This document shows, piece after piece, positions 8,687 to 18,300 of a stretch of DNA of 64,000 nt. Made by a program: the position numbers and the translations under genes. Every line of letters begins with the position of its first letter. Within the stretch, counting starts at the first letter, position 1. Below the pieces are notes generated by a model. The model did not search any database. It worked only from the letters and a program-made list of their open reading frames with translations, and was not told where the DNA came from. Location of the stretch: the IMG/VR virus record IMGVR_UViG_2657245668_000002, positions 20,788-84,787 of that record. One strand, given 5' to 3'. This stretch comes from a virus (Duplodnaviria > Caudoviricetes).

Positions 8687-9662
8687 CCCCCAGAAGTGAC
8701 AATTGTTGTAATTTATTACTAGATCTTGTTTTAATTAACTCCATCACATCTTTATATCCCGTCAAAGGAGTCTCCAATATTATTGCAGAGTATTCGTCCT
8801 GAGAGTATTTAATCTCCTCCCGAACAGATTCACCTCTTAGTAATGGACACAGTATCGTTCTCTTAAGTTGAGCAGCATTTCGAACCGTGTGCGACGTTCC
8901 GCTTTTCAAGTTCCATTCGACAGGAATTAAAATATCACTTAAAGCAGCCTGTATTCTGTTTCTACGAACAAAGTTTTCTTGCGATGGTTTTTGATGTGGG
9001 AGATACTCTGTGAGTATAAGTCCACCGGCATTTACAATACCCTCCCTAAGTCCAACACTGTTTTTTGGATAGTTAGAATTTAAACCTGTTCCTAGAACGG
9101 CTATTGTGGGTATTTTAAATAAAATAGATGCTTCATGAGCAGCTTGGTCAATACCATAAGCTAACCCACTTACAGTTACATAATCTGATGCAATAAACTG
9201 CGAGACAACTGCTTGTGTTAAATAAATTCCAAGAGTAGTTGGATTTCTTGTACCAACAACACCAACACATTTTTTACTAAGCAATGAAGTATCGCCCTGC
9301 GCAAAAATCCAGTAAGGGCGCTCATTTAAATCATTCAATTTCTCCGGATAATCTGGAGAACCATGATGTATTAATTTATAACCGCTGCTATGATAGTGTG
9401 TTAAAAGACTTTTCGCGGCAGAAATCATTCCATCACGAAAAGTCGACCAATTATTCTCAGTCAAAGAATATGGTGCACGATGTAGTTTCACTCCGAGAAT
9501 TGATTCGAATTTTGATAATGTGGAGCAAGTTACAACATCTCTGAAACGGATCCCTTTTTGAGCAACCTTATATAGGGACCAATAACTAACGCCACGTATT
9601 TCTGATAGAACTAGCAAAGCAGCGCTTTCTGTGTTCCATCGAGCTGTATCAGTATCAGTCAT
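8679..9662 (-). CDS. shosA: ShosA-like DprA/Smf-family antitoxin
   Basis: YPEKL, VGVVGTR, VSGLAYGIDQAAH, IAVLGTG, FVRRNRIQAALS, SGTSHT; probable ATG at 9662. Confidence 0.88.
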   Translation of the reverse strand: MTDTDTARWNTESAALLVLSEIRGVSYWSLYKVAQKGIRFRDVVTCSTLSKFESILGVKLHRAPYSLTENNWSTFRDGMISAAKSLLTHYHSSGYKLIHHGSPDYPEKLNDLNERPYWIFAQGDTSLLSKKCVGVVGTRNPTTLGIYLTQAVVSQFIASDYVTVSGLAYGIDQAAHEASILFKIPTIAVLGTGLNSNYPKNSVGLREGIVNAGGLILTEYLPHQKPSQENFVRRNRIQAALSDILIPVEWNLKSGTSHTVRNAAQLKRTILCPLLRGESVREEIKYSQDEYSAIILETPLTGYKDVMELIKTRSSNKLQQLSLLGDE

Positions 9663-9848
9663 AGCGTTCGCCAAAAATGAAGTGTTTTATTGTTTTTATC
9701 ATAGGTTTGAGAAAATGTGTAGTAAGTCTAAAGAAGGACTTCTAAAAAGCATGAATCTGCATCAGTATGCATGCCAAATTAACAATCTAATCTGCGTTAC
9801 GCACCAGAGCAGTTGAAGTCCAGTTAACACCGCCTCATAAAGCGGGCA

Positions 9849-9867
9849 GGCGTGGCGGGTAAAGCAT
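9849..9867 (+). other. P2/P4/186-type cos-like sequence
   Basis: GGCGTGGCGGGTAAAGCAT, 18/19 match to the 186-type cohesive end GGCGTGGCGGGGAAAGCAT, preceded by AAAGCGGGCA and TGCAT repeats. Confidence 0.75.
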
Positions 9868-9931
9868 GGCACTCAGGATCACCGTAACAAACATCCCAAT
9901 TTTGACTTACTGCCACCGTCAGCCACTTAAT

Positions 9932-9993
9932 GTCCGCTGTTGGCACTTACCTGCCTCTCAAAAATCTCGGTCTGCTCAGAGCGAGAAACAGAC
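9932..9993 (+). repeat. Inter-cassette bipartite palindromic site (A+B units)
   Basis: GTCCGCTGT-TGGCAC-TTACCTGCC at 9932 and GTCTGCTCA-GAGCGA-GAAACAGAC at 9970. Confidence 0.7.
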
Positions 9994-10387
9994 TTTATTG
10001 CCATGCCAAGAAGGGGCTAGCAGCAACCATTGGTTATGCGATTCGGCCACCAATGCGGCGCTATATTCCCGAGTTGTGGGTGAAAATAAAAAGGATATAA
10101 GCAATAATCCCTTTCAAATCGAATGAAAAAACCAGTCAAAACGGGCGTCTAAAGCTGTATGAACAGATTTTACAAAAAGCACAGCGTTGTCCAACATTGC
10201 TTTACCCTATTAAAAGAAAATTGCCGGATCGCCACACGCTCAGAAAAACGGCTTGAGCTATCTAAGCATGCTCTGATTGGACTCCATCCGTTTGTTTTTG
10301 AAGAAATTGCTAAGTTAAGAGACGTAGTCTAATCTTTATTGATACAATGGAAGTCGCAATTCACTAACATGAGGTCTGAGTGTATCT

Positions 10388-12217
10388 ATGGGGGCATTTA
10401 CTGGAGCAGTGTTAACCTCAGCAGCTAATAATCTCGCAAAAAAAACAATAGAGTCCACTTTTGATTTTTTAGTCAAAAAATACGAGTTAATAGACATACT
10501 GAGATTTAAGGATCACTACCTAGAGTATTGTGAAAAAAATTTAGAAATAAAAACATTAGTATCTCAAGATAAATCCTTTCACGTTGATGACATTTACATC
10601 CCGATCCATATAATGCAATCAGGCACTCAGACCAGACAAGAAATAAACGGAATTACTACTTTAGATAATGATAGAGCCATATTGATAAAAGGGTTGGCGG
10701 GACAAGGAAAATCAACGTTATTGCGAAAGCTATTATCTAACAATGCGAAAAGATTTAGCCGACTTCCTGTTTTTTATGAACTTAAAAATTATAATGGTGG
10801 AACTTTAGAACTATCAATATCAAAATCATTAAGTCATTTTGGAGTCAAAATATCAGAGCATGCACTAAAAAAACTACTTTCAGATAGTAATGTAAAAATA
10901 TATCTTGATGCGTTTGATGAGGTTAGACCTGAATTTAGATCTGAACTAACTGATGAAATAAAACGTTTTATTAACTCGTTTAAGTGTCATGTGATTTGTA
11001 CAAGTAGACCTGACACTGAAATAGATGCCTTATCCGAGTTTAGAACGTTTTCAGTATGCGAATTAACTGAGGAGCAAATATTTGGGATTATAAAAAAAAC
11101 AGCATCTGATCAAGAAAAATGTAATGAACTATGTGATGCTCTTAGGCGAAGTCCTTTACATACAAACAAAGATTCAATTCTCAAGTCACCTATATTAGTC
11201 GTTTTGTTCTGCATCAGTTACAACTTAGGCGAAGATATACCAAATACACTGTCACAATTTTATTCAAACATTTTCGATACTGTCTTTCATAGGCATGACA
11301 ATATAAAAGGAAAAGTATATAGAGAACGTCACTGGAATGATAACAGACGTATTTATAGAGAGCTTTTCGATTGTTTATGTTTCATTTCTCTAAGAGATGG
11401 TCTAAATGGATTCAGTCATGAGAAACTAGTAAAATTTGTATCAATTTCACTTACGCATATAAATGAAGAGTGCTCCATAGCTGAAAAGGCTGTAAAAGAG
11501 TTATCTTCTATTACAAATTTAATTATCGAAGATGGATTTAATGAATACCGCTTTGTTCATAAGTCAATTCAAGAATTTTTTGCCGCATCATTTATTACAT
11601 CATTACAGCATGATAAAAAAATATCATTTTATAAAAAATGCTTTAACGATTATCATTTTTACACTACATTTCATAACACCTTATTCTTCCTAGAAGAATT
11701 AGATTATTATAATTACCATGAGTATGGTTTTATTCCTGCAATAACCAACTTCCTCTCTTTATCTCAAGATATAACCATTGATAATTACACAATTCCCACT
11801 TCTGTTAAAGATTCTTTCTTGAATGATATTTACATTCGCACCAAATACTCTATTTTTAAAGCTGGCACTAGAGAGAGCTATGAATTAGAGAAAACAAATT
11901 TCACCTTTGATATATCAGAGTCCTACCCAAGTCTACTTTCGAGTATATTTATATTTTCTCTTGACTTTATAAAAACAGATCTAACTGACAAGGAATTAAT
12001 AACCCTTACTAAAAAAAATAAGAATATGTCAGTAAATGGTTGGTGTAAGCTAAGCATTAGGACAATCCTCGAATTTAAAAAGCTGCCTGAAACAGTTGCT
12101 TTAGATGCATTAAAAATAGGCATTGACGTACTTATTAGAAGAAAATTCAATAAAGCAATTGATAAATTAAATAATAGAAGAGAATCATTAAACTCAACTG
12201 ATTATTTCAACTTTTAA
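10388..12217 (+). CDS. NACHT/STAND NTPase, bacterial NLR-like anti-phage protein
   Basis: Walker A GLAGQGKST, Walker B IYLDAFDE, sensor TSRP, SPIL, winged-helix YRFVHKSIQEFFAA. Confidence 0.9.
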   Translation: MGAFTGAVLTSAANNLAKKTIESTFDFLVKKYELIDILRFKDHYLEYCEKNLEIKTLVSQDKSFHVDDIYIPIHIMQSGTQTRQEINGITTLDNDRAILIKGLAGQGKSTLLRKLLSNNAKRFSRLPVFYELKNYNGGTLELSISKSLSHFGVKISEHALKKLLSDSNVKIYLDAFDEVRPEFRSELTDEIKRFINSFKCHVICTSRPDTEIDALSEFRTFSVCELTEEQIFGIIKKTASDQEKCNELCDALRRSPLHTNKDSILKSPILVVLFCISYNLGEDIPNTLSQFYSNIFDTVFHRHDNIKGKVYRERHWNDNRRIYRELFDCLCFISLRDGLNGFSHEKLVKFVSISLTHINEECSIAEKAVKELSSITNLIIEDGFNEYRFVHKSIQEFFAASFITSLQHDKKISFYKKCFNDYHFYTTFHNTLFFLEELDYYNYHEYGFIPAITNFLSLSQDITIDNYTIPTSVKDSFLNDIYIRTKYSIFKAGTRESYELEKTNFTFDISESYPSLLSSIFIFSLDFIKTDLTDKELITLTKKNKNMSVNGWCKLSIRTILEFKKLPETVALDALKIGIDVLIRRKFNKAIDKLNNRRESLNSTDYFNF

Positions 12218-12335
12218 TTAGGATTGTATAATTCACATCATATTTTAAAACATACAAACCTATTTGGATTTATTCTATGAAGCAACTAAAACTATAGTCA
12301 GTGACAGCATTGTTTTACTCAAAAATTAATAAATT

Positions 12336-12362
12336 AGGGAGTTCTTTCAAACTCCCTTTTAA
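12336..12362. terminator. Probable bidirectional terminator between convergent NACHT and giant genes
   Basis: GGGAGTT/AACTCCC stem followed by a T run. Confidence 0.5.
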
Positions 12363-12363
12363 A

Positions 12364-15300
12364 TTACTTATTAAAATACGGATTCACACGTTCCACCGCC
12401 TGTTGTACCAGTTTATTTCTGGTTGCCATCAGCCGGTCTATCTTTTCTCTTTTCTGATCCGCTGTTAGTATCCGGTCCCGTCTCATCATTTCAATCTGGG
12501 CATTCAGTGCTTTCACTTGTTTCTGAGTCGCTGTTAGCCCCTGACGCTGCGATAACTTACCCCTATTTTCCTCTATCAATTCATTGGCATCATCGCCACG
12601 CCCCTGTTTGCGGAAGCTGTTAATGGTGCTGTTGATCTGGTTGGCTTCGGTCATCATGCGGTAAAAATCTTCGGTGAATTGGGTAGACTTGGCCGGATCG
12701 GAACCTCGGAAGAAGGATTTAATCACCGGCATCTCATCCAGGCGCATGGCCGGGGTTTCGCCGTAGTCTTTCAGGTTACTCATCAGCAGATTGGTCGCGC
12801 CCATCACATAGCTGCCCAGGCTGCCGGTATACCCCATGGCAATATGATCCAGCATCTTCGGTGACATATTGGTAGCCTGCCCAACTTCACGCATTAACAG
12901 GCTTGTCTGGTCGTTATAACGAGCACCCGCAATCAAATTGCTGTCGGCCATGTTCTCAATCGGGCCACCTTTGAAGAAATCATAGTTAACATAAGCCTCA
13001 GCAATCGGCATCGCGACTTGTGGGATAGGGTTGAATGCCATCGTTTCCATAAAGTTATGCGCCACCAGCTTGCCAAATTTAGCCCCGGTATCTTTACCGC
13101 CCAGCGCGCGGACAAATCGCTCGGGTAAAGTGCCAAACATCAAGCCAATCTCAAACGGTTTCGGGAAACGGATATGCTGACCACCAATCCATGCATGCCA
13201 ATAGGTGTCTTTATCCCAGTCCTGTAGCTCTTCATAACGCTTATCGTCCCAATTTAGCGCCATCAGTGCCAGAGAGGCCGCCGTAATCATGCCGCCGCGC
13301 TTCAGCACTTCACGCGGGTTCTCTTTGATACCTCGGCCTAATTTACTCAGCCCCTGCATGCGGGCGTTGAAGAACGGCAGCATATCACTCAGGTTAATCA
13401 TGATATTGCTGGCACCCATCATGCTAAAGTCCATCAAATCACGCGATTCAAATGCTGCCTGAGCCTTACTTTTCCCTGATTTAATGGCGGCCTCATAAGT
13501 GGCCAGTCGGTTAGCATTCTCCGCCGCTTCGCTGAGATTTTTATATTTATGCAAACCCTGTTCAATCTTGCCCATCACCTCTTTGCTGTTACGGGCAATT
13601 GAGGACTCAAACTCTTGTATCTGACTATCGGTGTAACCTTTACGCCGTAGAACACTACGAATGGTTTTAGCAGTCGATGCCGGATCATAAACATTCGAAT
13701 AACCACCACCAAAAGTGGCACCGGCAAACATCATATCCACCAGGCTATCATCAGTGCGTAATGCTTTTTTAAATCCGGCCCATGAAGCGGTAACAGGCTT
13801 AAAACCATCTTTGTTAATGGCCCATGAATGAATAGAGTCACGCATAAAGTTACGAATGATAAAGTCAGGCATGGATGTGGTGCTGACGGTCAGCACCTTT
13901 TTAGCCTGGCGGGCCGCTTTCATAAAGGTGGAATTACTGCGCTCAAGGTCAATCATGGTAAAGGCGCGATACAGTTCAGGATCATTAACCTGTACCAGTT
14001 TTTCCTGCCCATCAACAAACACCTTCACCACATCTTTGCCGATGCGCTCAAAGTCCATCTTGTTCGGTGATTCAATCACCTCCAGCACACCAGTATCAGC
14101 AAGGTTCACCACTGACCTGCGCATTGCTTCATTTTTCATCGAAGCATCGACCGATTTCGCCACGTAGTTAAACAGGTTTTCGATAGGATCCTTAATGGTC
14201 AAATCACTGCCTTTTAACTTGCGTACGGTACTGCTCTGGTTGGCAATGCCTTTGCTGGTCCACGGCCCCTTTACCTCGCCATTTTCTGCTTCACGGTAAT
14301 ATGGCAAGTACCAGGCATCCTCCCACTGTGCGCGGCTTTCTGGATCAATCAATCCCATATCCTGTTGCAGATCCAGAATCGATTTAATAAAGGCATCATA
14401 CTTTTTCTTCTGGCCTTCGAATAAAGTCTCATTACCCCGGCTGAGAGTTTTCATATAAGCAATTTCGTCGGCATTAAAGTTGTTCTCTTTGCCCTCTTTC
14501 ATCAGCCGTTCAGAGCGATGGCCGGCGATCCATTTAAAGAAGTTTTCCCGATGGTTTCCCAGTCCGTCGAGAATACCCATAAGAGCGTCCTCTTTACCGG
14601 TACCGGATTGTCGCTCTACTATCCCTTCGACTTTATTATAGCGAGGTAAGCCATGTTCTAAAGTGGCAGCAGTAACAGAGCCTGCCCCGGCAGCCATACG
14701 CGCTCCAATGTAGGCAGAACTTCGTGCATCATTGATACCAGCCGCATCCTCGGCATACTTCAGCGGAGCCATGCCATCAAAGGTTTTAGTATTGAGTTTA
14801 CGGCCAGTTTCTTTTAGCCAGGCTTTCAGTTCCGTTTTATCTTTGCTGGTCACTGTACCGTAGAAAGTCTTGGCCTTATCAAACCACCCCTGCTCAACGT
14901 TAAAGCCCATTTTGCGGCTGGTTTCAGCATCCATTGATGGGTTAGCAGTGCGGGAGTAAAGTGCCTTATTCTTGCGAATATCGGTTGATGAGAGTATATT
15001 TTCAACTGAATCTTGATTTGGTGAACCGCGTTTGAGCAATTGAAGCTCTTGGGCCGTACCAGATTGGGATTCTGAACCCTGATAAGTGTTCTCCTTGGGC
15101 AATTGAAGCCCTCTGGAATGAAGCTTCTCAGGGTTTTGTTTTTCTCGCTTGTATAAAGTTAACCCCGCATCTTCCATCCCATTAATTTTTTGCATCCCAC
15201 CAACAGTGCCATAAACAGATGCAATTTTATTGACCTCAATAAATCCTTTTTTTGCATTCAAGTGGATAGCTGTTACTACTGGGTTATTGCTTACATCTTT

Positions 15301-18300
15301 TGCCTCTAATAAAACGACAACGGCATTATCCTGAGTCGATGAGCGATAGACTGCCAGCGGGTCATGTAGTAGTTCAGGCAATTGTTCGATGATCGACATT
15401 GGCACTTCATGCTTAATACCATTAGTAGCTTTGCGGACCGTATCACGGGTAATAAACATATCCAGATTCGGTGCACCCAATGCTTTCAGCACTGGAGGTG
15501 TTCTACCTAATTTTACTGGTGTGTCTACTGAGCGTAGTGACCGCATAGCCTTATCAAGTTCAGATCTATATTGCTCGGCTTCCACCGGCACTGGCTTGAG
15601 TGGGTCAACATCATCATGTTTCGAATACAACGCATCAGAGCGAGAGAAAGTATTATCAAACTCCCGCGTTCCCGGTTGTTCGCCATCATACATAGCCGTC
15701 TTTTTGAAGCGCCCCGCGACCGTGCGCAGAATATTACGTATTTCCGTTGGGGAAATGTCATTCGCATTCATGATGCCCGTTTTCTTCAATCCATTGATCA
15801 GCACAGAAACAAAACGGTCCCACATCGCTCCAAGGCCGGTGAGTTCTGAACGCTCAGCCATGTGAGCCAAAAACTCATTAGCCTGCATTTCGAGAGACTC
15901 ATTGCGGTATGATTTATCGACTTCCCGCCATACATCCTGAATTTCTTTATTTTTGCTGTCACGCGTTTGATGTAATACACGCATGATACGATCATATTCC
16001 ACATCGCCAATGACGGAAGCTAGCCCGTGGTGCGCCAAGACCTCATGCCGCAATTTAGCCCGAAGCTCGCGGTCAGAAGTAATGTTATCCGCTACCACAA
16101 TCACCCGGCTAAGTTCAGGTTGATAAATGGCATGGACAATGCCGAATTCTTTTGGGATCCCGCTCGGCATCATGGCAGCCGCTTCAGCTTGGGTTTGCAC
16201 TACCTTAACTTTGATTTTTGCTGCACCATTCAAATTGCGCACCCAGACATCAGCGATAACTTGAGCCCGCCCTTGCCGTATTCCCTGAGTGGGTTTGTCG
16301 CCAGCAGCAGTGTGACCGGTATCTGAAATCACATTGCCTTTGCCAATGTCAGTACCCTTACGCGAGTAGAAAGCGATACCTTTATCGGTTGGCTTGGTTT
16401 TGAGCGTTTGGAATAGGTGATCAAATGCCTGGCGCACGCCGCCGTTTAATTCAGCTTCGGTTGGATAGGCATAAGTTTCGGGGTTTGCATGTTCGTCAGC
16501 TTTACGCAGGTTAACCAGATAGTCGTTACTGATACCTTTACTCTGTGCTTTATCCAGCAGGTAGCGTTCAAAAGCTCGTGCCGACATTTCCAGTTTAGTC
16601 GTCCAGTATGCCTTGCTTCGACTCCCGTCCAGCAATGAGGCACGTTCCATCATTCCACTATGGGTAACTTTCTCGACGACGCTCTTAAAGGCGTCATGCA
16701 CCTCTTGCCTGACTGGATGGATGATTTCTTGCCTTTTACCGCCGCTAAATTCATAGCGAGGACGTTTACGATCGGTAATAAATTCAGATGAACGCTTACC
16801 GGACGACTCGCCATGGACATCATAGGTACCAAAATAGTTATCCAGTGCATGGAACCACTCATGTGCAAGTGAGCCTGCGCCATTACCTTTAGTTAGATTG
16901 ATAACCACTTGCCCAGGCTCATAATGAGCTTTGGCCCCCGCCTTACCTCGCGCGCCAAATGCCAAGCCCAACTCGCCATTCAAGGACAGCGCTTGTGGCG
17001 GCACATTCAGTAATTCGGCCATATCAACCAACGAGTCATAAGCATCGTTTAATTCAGTTTGTCGGCGCGCACCCTCAACATAGTTACCAAACTGCACACC
17101 TCGGAAGCCAAATGCATCACTAAATTGTTCAGGCGTCACATTGCCATTACGGCGTTCAATTCCTATCCGGGGCTCGTTGGTTAATTTGCGTTGTTCTTCT
17201 CGCGATGTTTTGCGTAATTTATCCAGTTTGGCTTCTATTTCAGCGCGATTCTCTGCCAGATAAGCGCGTGCTTCGGTAGGTGTTTTGAAGCCAGCTTTAA
17301 GCGGTAACACGCCCATGGCCCCTTTGTAGCCAATAAACACACTCTTGTCTGCCCGTCGGGTATAGATCTCTAACTTAGCCTGTCTAGGCGTTAACTGAGC
17401 CTGTTTAAGCGCGTCATCTCCTTTATCACTATTAATCTTGGTCTCAATAAATTCCTTGGCTTTGGGTAATAGCTCCGGTATTGAACCCGCTGAAATGTCA
17501 GTTTTCATCCCTCCAGGGGTAACCAGCTCATATAGGGTTTTCCCACCGGGATAGCTCTTGCCATCAAAGTAAGTGTAATGGCCGGAACGAATTGAGTATT
17601 TTGACGCTTCGGCCATATGCTCAGGCTTAAACTGCGAGATTAAGTCAATAGCATCTGCGGCAGAACGTAAGGAGGACTTACTGCGGAAAATGGTTTTTAT
17701 ATCGTCAACACTCGCATGGCTATTGATAATGGAACCCGCTAAATCACGAACTCCCTTAACCTGTTCTGCCCACTGATTAAGCTTATAAGGGGATCCCGGC
17801 TTGGTGGGGATAAACGAACGCAATGCTGCAAGCAATGCCAGTTTCCCTGGTTCAATGCCATTCTCATGCATTTTGGTGTAGTCAGGGTGCGGGAATAGTT
17901 TCGAAAGAGGCTGTTTCTTAATTTCTTCAATATCATGATCGGCTTTCAGTGACTCTGCCAATTGGCCCCATTTATGCTTCGCCGCCCCCTTAAGTTCCTC
18001 ACCAAAATCATCAATTTTTGCGTCCCTGTTTTTGGCTTGCCCCACTGGCTCAGGTACGGGTAAGCGGACACCGTACCCCTTTCCTACCGGTTCAATCGTG
18101 GCACCCGGCATCCTGCCCCATTTGGAATACTTAGCGACTTTCTCACTGTTGAAGGGTTTGCCGAGATGCAGTCTTAATTCACCGACTTGCTGCTCACCAG
18201 ACGCCACAACGCCCTCATTAGAGGGCGCTGTTTTCGTATTTGCCGTTGTTGGCTCAGGTGGCAATCGCACACCAAAACCATCACTAACCGGTTCAATCAC

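Noticed and set aside
4985-9993. Inter-cassette repeats interpreted as integron attC, dif/pdif or CRISPR
   Set aside because: No RYYYAAC/GTTRRRY ends or IntI, no XerC/XerD arm match, and kb-scale spacing with no cas genes.
5310-12217. NACHT + caspase as one inflammasome-like system
   Set aside because: Opposite strands, separated by ShosTA and two boundary sites, with no shared adaptor domains; more likely independent cassettes.
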